64,000 nt of DNA. Source: Bacteroidota bacterium (GTDB lineage Bacteria > Bacteroidota > Bacteroidia > Chitinophagales > LD1). The stretch lies in assembly GCA_018267385.1 (NCBI GenBank), contig JAFDYN010000008.1, forward strand, positions 259,764-323,763, in the 5' to 3' direction. How positions within the stretch are numbered: position 1 is the stretch's first letter; every line of letters begins with the position of its first letter. The position numbers were made by a program, and so were the translations under genes. Below the pieces are notes generated by a model that was given only the letters and a program-made list of their open reading frames with translations, was not told where the DNA came from and ran no database searches. Shown here one piece after another: positions 18,161-28,200 of this stretch.

Positions 18161-18871
18161 ATGAGCCTCGTCAGGTACAAACAGAAGCGCCATTTTGGTG
18201 AAACGCCCGAGCCCAAAGGTGGCAAAGGCAAGGCAGGCAAGCTCATCTTTGTGGTGCAGAAGCACTCCGCTTCGCACCTGCACTATGACTTTCGCCTCGA
18301 GATGGAGGGCGTGCTGAAGAGCTGGGCCGTGCCCAAAGGGCCCTCTCTCAATCCTGATGACAAGCGCCTCGCTATGATGGTAGAGGATCATCCGTATGAC
18401 TACAAGGACTTTGAAGGCAATATCCCGGAGGGCAACTACGGCGCCGGCAATGTGATCGTATGGGATACCGGCACCTATACTACCTACGATGGTGATAGCG
18501 ATGAGAAGTCATTGCTGGCGGGCCTGAAAAAGGGCCACATCACCTTCATCCTCCACGGCAAAAAACTAAAAGGCGAATTTGCACTGATAAAGATCAGGGG
18601 TGGCCGGCAGGAAAATGCCTGGCTTTTGGTCAAAGCAGATGATAAATTTGCATCTAAAGAAGACATCACTATCAGGACGAAGTCTGTGCTGTCTGATGCC
18701 ACACTGGACAAGCTGGCCGCGAAATATGGCAATGAAAAAGGCGATGTCCGCGGCAGTAAAACCAAAAAGAAAAGCCCTGCAAAAAAGGGCGTAACTAAAG
18801 AACCGGATATGCCAGCACCACGCTCCTCCTCACGCACCGCCTCTGGGTCAAAAAAAAAGTCCCTACGCTAA
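18161..18871 (+). CDS. ligD: LigD 3'-phosphoesterase (PE) domain protein with a Lys-rich tail
   Basis: YKQKRHFGETPEP...FVVQKHSASHLHYDFRLEMEGVLKSWAVPKGPS is the LigD PE-domain signature. It ends inside or just after an A9 run, 5 nt before the ligase ORF (see findings). Confidence 0.85.
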   Translation: MSLVRYKQKRHFGETPEPKGGKGKAGKLIFVVQKHSASHLHYDFRLEMEGVLKSWAVPKGPSLNPDDKRLAMMVEDHPYDYKDFEGNIPEGNYGAGNVIVWDTGTYTTYDGDSDEKSLLAGLKKGHITFILHGKKLKGEFALIKIRGGRQENAWLLVKADDKFASKEDITIRTKSVLSDATLDKLAAKYGNEKGDVRGSKTKKKSPAKKGVTKEPDMPAPRSSSRTASGSKKKSLR

Positions 18872-18876
18872 AACCC

Positions 18877-20883
18877 ATGCTCGCCACGCTGGGCAGCGAG
18901 GCCTTTGACAGTCCCGACTGGATCTATGAACCCAAGTATGATGGCTACCGCACCCTGGCCCTCTGTGATGGCCAGGGTGGCGTGCAACTCTATAGTCGCA
19001 ATCTGCTTTCTTTTGATGAAGTATATGCACCTGTCCGTGAGCAATTAGAAAGCATAAAATATCCTTGCCTCCTGGATGGAGAGGTGGTGGTAGAAAACAG
19101 CAAGGGCCGCTCTGATTTTCAGCTCTTGCAACAGTACAATAAAACCCGGCAGGGCAACCTGAAATACTACGTCTTTGACTTGCTCAGTCTGGATGGCAAA
19201 GACCTGACTCGCCTCACCCTCCTGCAGCGCAAAGAACTGCTCGAAAAGCTGCTCAGCAAGCAAAAATTCAAAGACATCATCTACTCAAAGCATATAGAGG
19301 AGCACGGCATCAGGTACCTAAAAGAAGCTGCCCGGCGCGGCTGGGAGGGCATCATGGCCAAACGTGCCGACAGCATCTACCAGATAGACAAGCGCAGCAA
19401 AGACTGGATCAAGCTCAAGATCACACAGGAGGAAGAGGCTGTCATTGGTGGCTTCACCATGCCGCAGGGCGCGCGCATCCACTTCGGCTCACTGCTGCTC
19501 GGTGCCTATACCACTGAGGGCGAGCTGATCTATACCGGCAACTGTGGCACAGGTTTCAATGATGAAACGCTGCGCGAGTTGTTTGATAAGTTTCAGCCTT
19601 TGCTCACTGACCGCTCTCCCTTTGCCAATGAGGTAAAAAGGCCGGGAGGCCGGATACAATGGCTCAAACCAAAGCTCGTCTGCCAGGTCAAATTCACCGA
19701 GTGGACAGATGAAAATAGTATGCGCCACCCCGTCTACATGGGCCTCCGCATAGACAAGAAACCGAAGGAAGTGATCCGCGAAAAACCAGCAGATATGAAA
19801 AAGGTAACCGCAAAAGCCACTAAGAAAATGCCTGTCAAGGCTGCCGTAAAAAAAGCTGTAAAAGCACCTGCAAAAAAAGCTGCGAAAGCTGGCACCAAGA
19901 CCACAGTCAAAGCCAGGCCCTCGGACAAAAGTAAGGACGCAGAGCCCGGCCCCGCCACGGGGAAAGAAAGCAAAGCGACTGAGGTCAAAGTAGGCCGCGC
20001 CGTACTCAAACTGACCAATGCACAAAAGCTCTACTGGCCCGACGAGGGTATCACTAAAGGTGAGATGGTACAATACTATTCAGATATTGCACCTTTCATT
20101 TTACCCTACCTGAAAGACCGTCCCCAGTCGCTGCATCGTTTCCCCAATGGTATCCACGGACCATCGTTCTATCAGAAAGATCAGGACACCGCTCAGATAC
20201 CATCCTGGCTGCGCAGTGAGAAGGTCTACTCTGAGTCCAATAAAGAAGAGATAGACTACCTGATCTGCAATGACCGCGAGACACTGATGTACATGGCCAA
20301 CCTCGGCTGCATAGAGATCCACCCGTGGAACTCGCGCATAGGTCATCTGGACAATCCTGATTGGCTCGTGATAGACCTCGACCCTGATGACAATAAATTC
20401 ACTGAAGTGGTAGAAGTAGCAAAGGCTACTAAGAAGGTTTTTGACCAGCTCGGTATGGACTGCTATGCGAAAACATCCGGCGCTACAGGCATACACATCT
20501 TCGCACCACTAGACGCGAGGTATGAGTATGATGTCGCCCGCAACTTCGCCCAGCTCGTAGCGCGTCAGGTACATACATTGGTGCCTGACACTACCAGCCT
20601 GGAGCGCCAGCCCAAAAACAGGAAAGGAAAGATATACATAGACTACCTGCAAAACAGCAAAGGACAGACCCTTGCGGCGCCCTACTCTCTCCGCCCCCGC
20701 CCTGGTGCCACAGTTTCTACACCACTGGACTGGAGCGAGGTAAACAACAAACTCGACCCACGCACCTTCACAATGAAAAACATCCTCAAACGCCTCGACA
20801 AAAAAGGCGACCTCTGGCAGGGCGTCCTCTCCAAAGGAAACGACCTCAAAAAAGCCTTGAAAATTTTAGAGGGTCTTCAATAA
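18877..20883 (+). CDS. ligD: ATP-dependent DNA ligase LigD, ligase plus polymerase/primase domains
   Basis: Motif I EPKYDGYR. OB-fold region. Lys/Ala-rich linker. The C-terminal LigD-Pol region has LHRFPNGI.GPSFYQKD, EIHPWNSR, VIDLDP and AKTSGATGIHIFAPL. Confidence 0.9.
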   Translation: MLATLGSEAFDSPDWIYEPKYDGYRTLALCDGQGGVQLYSRNLLSFDEVYAPVREQLESIKYPCLLDGEVVVENSKGRSDFQLLQQYNKTRQGNLKYYVFDLLSLDGKDLTRLTLLQRKELLEKLLSKQKFKDIIYSKHIEEHGIRYLKEAARRGWEGIMAKRADSIYQIDKRSKDWIKLKITQEEEAVIGGFTMPQGARIHFGSLLLGAYTTEGELIYTGNCGTGFNDETLRELFDKFQPLLTDRSPFANEVKRPGGRIQWLKPKLVCQVKFTEWTDENSMRHPVYMGLRIDKKPKEVIREKPADMKKVTAKATKKMPVKAAVKKAVKAPAKKAAKAGTKTTVKARPSDKSKDAEPGPATGKESKATEVKVGRAVLKLTNAQKLYWPDEGITKGEMVQYYSDIAPFILPYLKDRPQSLHRFPNGIHGPSFYQKDQDTAQIPSWLRSEKVYSESNKEEIDYLICNDRETLMYMANLGCIEIHPWNSRIGHLDNPDWLVIDLDPDDNKFTEVVEVAKATKKVFDQLGMDCYAKTSGATGIHIFAPLDARYEYDVARNFAQLVARQVHTLVPDTTSLERQPKNRKGKIYIDYLQNSKGQTLAAPYSLRPRPGATVSTPLDWSEVNNKLDPRTFTMKNILKRLDKKGDLWQGVLSKGNDLKKALKILEGLQ

Positions 20884-21174
20884 TGCGCAGCAATAAACTA
20901 AAGTCATTTGCGAGTGAGATTCAAATGAAAAATAAGCGTGCCATCTCACGAAGCAATCTTCAATTTCCATTGTATTTCTCACACTTGGGGCATTAAGCAC
21001 AAGACCATCATGACCTATGCCCTTTTCGTGTCTTTGCGGCCAAATGTCATTCTGCATTTTATTGAACTTTTGTGTTCTTGTCAGAACACTTTTGTATTCC
21101 TTAAAACCTTTGCGCCTATGCGTGAAATGCATCCTGCATTCCCAGCCAACCGCCACCTCCCACCAGCCACCACA

Positions 21175-21981
21175 TCACGAAGCCTTCTTCCTTTTAACAG
21201 GCGCACTCTTCCCTCCGCCCAGGCTCGCCTTCAGCATTGACATCAGGTCATCGTCCTCCTCCTTCTTGTGTATCACACGCATAGGCTTTGCCTTCACTTT
21301 CTTGTTAGGGGACTTAGCCTTTTCGTGGATCGTCTTCAGCAGCTTGTCCGTATAGGTGTCTTTATACGCTGAGATATCAAATTTCTCCGTGAGCTGGTCT
21401 ATCAGTTTATTGGCCATGTCCAGCTCCTTCGTTTTGCCTTTCATATGTGCGGGCAGAGTCAGGTCTTTGGTATCCCGTATCTCCTGGTCAAAGCGGATCC
21501 TGTTCAGCACGATCACATTACCGTACGGCTTCAGTATCGCCAGCGCCTCCTTATTGCGCATCACAAAGGTCGTGACCCCTACCCTGCCTGATGCCTCCAG
21601 CGCCTCGCGCAGCAGCGCATAGGTCTTGGTGCCTGACTTATCCGGGGCCAGGTAGTAGGGCTGCTCGTAGTAGATCGGATCTATCTCCGCCTGATCGGCA
21701 AAGCTCAGTATCTCTATCGTCTGCGTCTTCTTGGCATCGGCTGCTTTGAAGTCGGCCTCCTCCAGCACCACATACTTATCCTTATACAGGTAGCCTTTCG
21801 TGATCTGGTTGAAGGGAACTTCCTTCCCCGTTTTTTCATTCACGCGCTTGTATTTGATATTCGCATGGTCACGGCTATCCAGCATATCCAGGTCCAGATT
21901 GCTCTCCTGCACCGCAGAGAATATCTTCACCGGTATATTGATCAGGCCAAAACTGATAGCTCCTGTCCAGATGGGTCTCAT
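21175..21981 (-). CDS. ku: Ku protein (bacterial NHEJ DNA-end-binding protein)
   Basis: [24 protein letters not shown] is a typical Ku N-terminus. I use M15 of the tracked ORF (ATG at 21981); the ORF is open to 22023. Lys-rich C-terminal tail. Confidence 0.88.
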   Translation of the reverse strand: MRPIWTGAISFGLINIPVKIFSAVQESNLDLDMLDSRDHANIKYKRVNEKTGKEVPFNQITKGYLYKDKYVVLEEADFKAADAKKTQTIEILSFADQAEIDPIYYEQPYYLAPDKSGTKTYALLREALEASGRVGVTTFVMRNKEALAILKPYGNVIVLNRIRFDQEIRDTKDLTLPAHMKGKTKELDMANKLIDQLTEKFDISAYKDTYTDKLLKTIHEKAKSPNKKVKAKPMRVIHKKEEDDDLMSMLKASLGGGKSAPVKRKKAS

Positions 21982-22031
21982 AGCAGATGATTTAGACTCT
22001 TCAGAATCCAAATACTCTGCCAATACCTGTG

Positions 22032-22607
22032 CTACTTTTTACCGGTGGTAAATTCAAAAGTCTCCATCTCCTTGCGGAATACACTCTTATACTTTTCAAA
22101 AATACTGGCTGTCTGGATGGCATTAGTATAAAGTGAAATTGAGAAAACCACGTCTATCCGGCAGGTACCTTCCCGCCAGCTATAAGCACCATGTTTGTAG
22201 TACCAGGTCAGATCCTTTCTGGCCTCCGTCTCCACGGTATACTCATGGTACTGCCAGGCCCGGCCATTGATCGTATCTACGCTGTCCGCCAGTAGGTGTG
22301 GAGCGTTCATCCACGAGGTGTGGTAGTGGCGTAGCGTGGAGGTATCGCTATACGCTGCTATGCTATCTTCAGGCCGCTGCAGGTCCCACACCCACACCGC
22401 GATGTATAGCGGACTCGTGTAGCGGTGAAAGCCTACCATAGGCACCCTGCCATGCCCGCGCTCCATACGGAAGCTCTTGGGATAGCGGATAGAAAAGGGA
22501 TGTGTGGCCAGCTTTCCCGTGTCTATGCGAAATACCTGCAGGTCACCGGTACTGATTTCCCGTAGCTCACTCTGCCCATAGCCCATACCTGCCAGGCACA
22601 GGAGCAC
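22032..22607 (-). CDS. Hypothetical protein
   Basis: 191-codon ORF with a GTG start and only a remnant of a hydrophobic N-terminus (an in-frame stop lies 8 codons upstream). No family recognised. Confidence 0.45.
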   Translation of the reverse strand: MLLCLAGMGYGQSELREISTGDLQVFRIDTGKLATHPFSIRYPKSFRMERGHGRVPMVGFHRYTSPLYIAVWVWDLQRPEDSIAAYSDTSTLRHYHTSWMNAPHLLADSVDTINGRAWQYHEYTVETEARKDLTWYYKHGAYSWREGTCRIDVVFSISLYTNAIQTASIFEKYKSVFRKEMETFEFTTGKK

Positions 22608-22758
22608 TATCAGTATTACCTTCTCATGCTACAATATACTCAATCAATACTGTTTCTTACTTAAAACAAAAATGCCCCCGTCAGGAGGCATTTGCTATTT
22701 CTTAAAGTCTTGACTCTTGTTTCTTGACTCTTGGTTCTTGTCTCTTACTTCTAGACTC

Positions 22759-23415
22759 TTACTTCTTAGGAGCCGCTACATTAGGCGATACCTGCGGGTT
22801 GAATAGCTTGTACTCAGCCGGTACGCTCAGCGTGGCAGCAGATACTGCACCCGGCGTCACGGTGTTAGTTACAGATGCATTAGCGCCTGTGCGGGATTCG
22901 GTCAGCATCGGGAATCCCTTCACACCTTGCTGTGCCAGCGCCTGTATCTCCATACTACCTTTGAAGAAGTCCTTGTACTGAGCAGCATTGAAGTCTATGT
23001 CCTTTGTGATCCAGACATCATAGGTGCCCCCGTTATTCATCACGGTCCACTTCTCGCAGTTGTAGCCGCCTATCTTCTTTGTCTCAGTAGTTTTATTGAC
23101 CATGATATTCATCGCATCGCCGCTCACAGCAGAGGCATTCATCTGGTAGTACACCTTCTCACCTGTACCGCTGGTCTCGTACATCGTGATAGACTGACTG
23201 GAGGGATTCATCAGCAGCACCGTATTGTTAGCCTTCAGCTCCTTGTCTATGATGGTCATGTCTATACGGCAGGCACCTGCGCCTATGTACCAGGTCATGG
23301 TGGCGTTGCTGCCCGAGCCGTTAAAGTTAGTCACAGATTGCTTCACAGTACCCTCAAATCCGAATGCATGCATCGCGATCAGGCAGAGAGGCAGTATAGC
23401 TAGTTTCAGTTTCAT
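22759..23415 (-). CDS. Secreted DUF4412-like protein
   Basis: Signal peptide MKLKLAILPLCLIAMHAFG followed by FEGTV, and a length of about 220 aa, as I recall for DUF4412 proteins. Assigned from memory only. Confidence 0.5.
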   Translation of the reverse strand: MKLKLAILPLCLIAMHAFGFEGTVKQSVTNFNGSGSNATMTWYIGAGACRIDMTIIDKELKANNTVLLMNPSSQSITMYETSGTGEKVYYQMNASAVSGDAMNIMVNKTTETKKIGGYNCEKWTVMNNGGTYDVWITKDIDFNAAQYKDFFKGSMEIQALAQQGVKGFPMLTESRTGANASVTNTVTPGAVSAATLSVPAEYKLFNPQVSPNVAAPKK

Positions 23416-23446
23416 GATATGATATTGTTCTTGAGTTTAGTAATGA

Positions 23447-24886
23447 TTACGGAGCTACGGAGCCCTTCACCTGGAATGAGTTATAGATGCCATCTGCCAG
23501 GCCTTGCATTGGGTTACCGTTACGCTTCACAGCGAGGCCTGGAGTACCCGGTGCGCCACCGGTAGGGATAGGCAGGTTCAGGCTCACAGGGCATACTGTA
23601 CCTATGAATGGTATCGATACGCAGATCTGCACATTCACGTTGAAAGTAGTACCCGTACCCGGCTGTGCGAATGCACCACCGTTGCCACCCACCACGTTTG
23701 GCGTGATATTGATCGTAGCTACGCTGATAGAGATCGGTATAGTAGTAGTGATCTGGCCGCCTTGTCCCGGCACTGAGTTCACACCGCTGGTAGCAGCATT
23801 ACCCGCTCTGTAGAAGCCCAGTGATACACCAGATGGCGTAGCACCGCCCTGGCCGTTTTCTGAGCCACCACCACCACCGGAGCCAAAGCCCAGGGAGATA
23901 GAGCCGATGATAGGTATGCTCGGAGAGGTCCAGCTGTAGCCCACTGAGCCGCCGCCACCGCCGCCGCCATAGATCTGGCCAAAGTTATGCATCACCGTAC
24001 GCGTGGTCAGGTCCAGTGCATTGCCACCATTGCCGCCCGGCTGGCCGCCCGCAGTAGTAGTGGTCACACCGCCGCCATCGCCGCCACGGCCCAGTATCGA
24101 GCCATTATTAGTGATACCCACTATAGACAGCGGATCGAGGTTGCCTATGGTCAGAGATGGTTGTGCAGGGTTGTTTGAGTGTACATTCACACCGCTGTAT
24201 ACTGTCAGTAGCACGCACTCACGGGCGCCCGGAGGCAGCAGCGTAGAGTTGCGGCTTTGCACGTCATAGTTGTAGTCATCCATTGGTATGTCTACGATCA
24301 CGCATGGCTTGATATAGACATTGTAGGTCACAAAGCGTACCTGGTCACCACAGTAGGCCGTGATCAGGATCGGCACGTTGCCGCTACCGGCAAATACGTC
24401 TGCCTTCACCACGATCTGGAAGCTGCCCGATGTATCGATGATATTAGGCCCCTGCTGGTAGATCTGCACACCTGATGGTGGTACGGCAGTCCAGGTAGTA
24501 TTGATCTGGCCGGTGCCGTGCGTGTGAGACAGGGTCACAGTGGCAAAGATCGAGTCATCTACCACACGGTCCAGCGTATCAGCCGGTGGTGTGATAGTCA
24601 TCTGAAAGTCGCAGTAGTAGCAGTTCTTTTCCCATGCTTTGAGCCAGCATTCGCCGTTCCAGTATTCCACCACGCTATCCTCTGTGTTGAAGATCGTCAG
24701 GCCTTTCAGCGGATTGACGATACCATTCATCTGCGCAGAGGTCAGGCGCGTCAGGCCGAGGCCCTTTTTGTTGGATTCCAATTGAAGCACAGCGCTGGAG
24801 TCAGGGTTCAGGATATTGATACCCACCTGGCTGTATCCCTCAGTGAGCGCAAAGAGGGCTAGGATTACGAGTAGTATTCTTTTCAT
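23447..24886 (-). CDS. Secreted protein with a Gly-rich C-terminal half
   Basis: Signal peptide. N-terminal QVGINILNPDSSAVLQLESNKKGLGLTRLTSAQ module. The C-terminal half has GGDGGG, GGQPGGNGGN, GGGGGGS, GSGGGGGSENGQGG and GGNGG tracts. Confidence 0.6.
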   Translation of the reverse strand: MKRILLVILALFALTEGYSQVGINILNPDSSAVLQLESNKKGLGLTRLTSAQMNGIVNPLKGLTIFNTEDSVVEYWNGECWLKAWEKNCYYCDFQMTITPPADTLDRVVDDSIFATVTLSHTHGTGQINTTWTAVPPSGVQIYQQGPNIIDTSGSFQIVVKADVFAGSGNVPILITAYCGDQVRFVTYNVYIKPCVIVDIPMDDYNYDVQSRNSTLLPPGARECVLLTVYSGVNVHSNNPAQPSLTIGNLDPLSIVGITNNGSILGRGGDGGGVTTTTAGGQPGGNGGNALDLTTRTVMHNFGQIYGGGGGGGSVGYSWTSPSIPIIGSISLGFGSGGGGGSENGQGGATPSGVSLGFYRAGNAATSGVNSVPGQGGQITTTIPISISVATINITPNVVGGNGGAFAQPGTGTTFNVNVQICVSIPFIGTVCPVSLNLPIPTGGAPGTPGLAVKRNGNPMQGLADGIYNSFQVKGSVAP

Positions 24887-25257
24887 TGAAAAACTTAGTG
24901 ATGTTCAAATATATCATTTTTAGGGAAAGAAATGCACTTTAATGTGCGAGCCCCACGAGGGTCTCAGTCAAGACGACTTTTAATACACAAAAAGATGTGC
25001 AGTCCGCCCACTATTTCTCGCAAATACTTAAATTACAACTACTTAAACCTCCTTTACTTGTTGAAAAGCGGTGGATATTTCACATCTGTGCACAAGCTAT
25101 CCACACGGTCATTTATCCTCTCCCTTATTTTTTAAATTCGCCATCCCTTTAAAAGTTTGGAGGAAACCGCCTGCATCATTTTGTCCGTCAGGACAAAGCA
25201 TCAAGGCTGTTCCATCTTCAAATTTTCAAATTGCCAAATTTTCAAATTAGCAAGCAT

Positions 25258-28200
25258 ATGCAGCTGACCACTCTCGAGATCAAAGGATTCAAGAGCTTCG
25301 CCGAGAAGACCACGATCCACTTTAATAATAACATCACCGGCATAGTCGGGCCCAATGGCTGCGGCAAGTCTAACGTAGTGGACTCTATCCGCTGGGTGCT
25401 GGGCGAGCAGAAGACCTCCATGCTCCGTCTGGAGAAAATGGAGAACCTGATCTTTAACGGTACGCGCAACCGCAAACCCTCCGCCCTCGCCGAGGTATCG
25501 CTGACCTTTGAGAATACCAAGAACCTCGTCTCCTCTGATTACAAGACGATCACCATCACACGCCGCCTCTTCCGCGATGGCGAGAGCGAGTACCGCCTGA
25601 ATGATGTAGCCTGCCGCCTCAAGGATATCACCACCCTCTTCATGGATACAGGTGTGAGCCCTGACAGCTACGCCATCATCGAGCTGGGCATGGTAGACGA
25701 GATCCTGAATGACCGCGACCAGTCCCGCCGCAAACTCTTCGAACAAGCTGCCGGCGTATCCAAATACAAGAAGCGCAAGAAAGAGACCGTAGACAAGCTC
25801 AAAGCGACCGATGCCGATCTCGAGCGTGTCAAGGATCTCCTCTTTGAAATAGAAGGCCAGCTCAAAACGCTGGAGAAGCAAGCCGCTAAGACCAAGAAAT
25901 TTTACGAACTCAAAGACGAATACAAGAACCTCTCCCTGATCCTGGCCAAGTTCTCCCTGCAGGAGTACAAGCAGTCTTTCAAAGATCTGGAGGCACGCCG
26001 CCAGACCGAGGACGACCGCAAGCTGGAACTCGAGACCGCTATCAAGACTGCCGAGGCTGCACTGGAAAAAGAAAAGCTCGACAATGTTGACAAAGAGCAA
26101 GGCCTCATGGAGGTGCAGAAGAAGCTCAACGCCCTCGTGAGCGGCGTAAGCGAGCGCGAGAACGAGCGCAACCTGCTCAACTCGCAGCTGAAATTTGCTC
26201 ATGACAAGCTCGACACGGCACAGAAGCAGATCATAGATGCCAATGACCACGTAGAGAAGCTCAAGATATCTATCGAGAAGCTGGACGCAGACAATGCCAC
26301 CGAGGGTGCGATCCTCGAGAGCCGCAAGGCTGAGCTGACCGTACTGGAAGACGCGCTGAACGAGATCCGCGACCATCACAATAAGATCAAGGAAAGCCTC
26401 AGCTCTGAGCAGAAGCTCTACGCCGAGCAGGAGCGCCAGATATTTGAGCTGGAGAAGCGCCTCGCTGTCAACCGCAGCAGCACAGAGGCCTTCACCCGCG
26501 AGCTAGGCCAGAGCGAGCAGGACACCATCGCCAAGCGCAATGAGCTAAAAGAACTGCAGCAGCAGCTGGCAGACTACCGCGCAGAGCAGGAGCGCAGCGA
26601 TGTGCGCCTCCGTACTTTGATAGAAGAAGAAGAAACCCGCAAGGAGCAGATAGCCGAGCTGGAGCAGTCTATAGAAAAGACCCGCGCCGAGCTCACACAG
26701 GAGACGCGCACCCTCGATGCCAAGCGCAATGAGTATGACCTGACCAAGAGCCTCGTCGAGAACCTCGAGGGCTTCCCTGAGTCTATCAAGTTCCTGAAGA
26801 AGAATGCCAAGTGGAGCCAGGAGGCGCCGCTCCTCTCCGATATCCTCTACACCTCTGAGGAGTACCGCGTGGCCATAGAGAACTACCTCGAGCCATACCT
26901 CAACTACTACGTGGTGCAAAACATAGAGGAGGCGATCATGGCAGTCAAGCTCCTCTCCGACTCCGCCATGGGCCGCGCCAACTTCTTCATCATGGATGAT
27001 ATACAGAAGTATGAGCCTAAGCAGACCGCAGCCATAGATGGCGCTATCCCTGCCACGCAGATCGTAGAGTTTGATGCGGCGTATGCCAAACTCAGCTCCT
27101 TCCTGCTGGATGGTGTCTACATGATAGATGACTCTGCGGGCTTTGATCCTGAGAAGCTCAATACCAACGGCCAGAAGGTCGTGCTGCTGACCAAGACGGG
27201 CAAATACATCCGCCGCGACTTTTCCCTCAGCGGTGGCGCCGTAGGCCTCTTTGAGGGCAAGAAGATAGGCCGCGCCAAGAACCTCGAGAAGCTGAAAGAA
27301 GAGATCGAGAAGCTGGAGCGCACTACCTACACGCTCCATACGAAAGTCTCCGACGCCCTCATCAAAGTGAACGGCCTCAAAGCCGCCACACAGGGCAAAG
27401 AAATAGAGCTACAACGCTCTGTGCTCAATCAGGTCAATAACCGCCAGTCTGCCACCGAGGCCAGCATCCAGAGCCTGGAGAAATTCCTCGAGTCATCTGA
27501 TAGCAAGAGCAAGAATATAGCAGACCGCCTGCAGGCTCTCACAGACGAGGTAGACCTGATCAATGATCAGCTCGCCACCCTGCGCGATGCACAGGCAGAT
27601 GCCAAGGCGGCACTCGACCAGACAGACAAGGAGTTCGTAGACTTTACCAATCGCCTCAGCGAGGCCTCGGCTAAGTTCAATGCGAAGAACATCGAGTTTC
27701 ACCAGCAGCAGAACCGTGTCAATACCATCGTGCAGGAGCTGAACTTCAAGAACTCTCAGGTAGAGTCCTTTACCACGCAGCTCACGCGCAATAACGACGT
27801 GATCATCGAGTCGCAGATGGTGATAGAGGAGAGCCAGGCCAAGCTCAAAGAGATAGAGAGCCACCTCCTGGAGGGCTATACCAATAAAGAAGCCATAGAG
27901 AAAGAAGTAGCCGAGACCGAAAAGAACTACTACGCCTCCCGCGGCGCTATCAATGAGATAGATGCCAATATACGCGAGCTGGCCCGCGGCCGTGACAGCA
28001 TCAATGTGCTGATAGCCGACATCGCAGAGAAGTTTAACGAGCTGAAGCTGAACCTCGCCGGCCTGCGCGAGCGCCTCAGTGTAGAGTTTAACGTCAATGT
28101 GAATGACATCATCAATGAGGACCTCGACCCTAAGTGGAACCGCGACGAGATAGACCAGGACCACCAGAAGATCAAGAAGCGTATCGAGGGCTTTGGCGAG

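Noticed and set aside
25071-25105. Two DnaA-box-like sequences in inverted orientation (gtggatat at 25071..25078; tatccaca at 25098..25105) in the 340-bp spacer upstream of smc, raising the possibility of oriC.
   Set aside because: There are only two imperfect boxes. No dnaA or dnaN gene is nearby, there is no cluster of further boxes, and no obvious AT-rich unwinding element. At most this is a possible DnaA-regulated promoter.
25201-26379. 392-aa reverse-strand ORF, plus others antisense to smc (26545..27339, 27493..28164, 27930..28334 and more).
   Set aside because: They lie fully inside the well-supported smc gene. Their E/L/Q/V-rich low-complexity translations are what you expect from the antisense of coiled-coil codons (GAG/AAG/CTG), which rarely create stops. 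No motifs are present.
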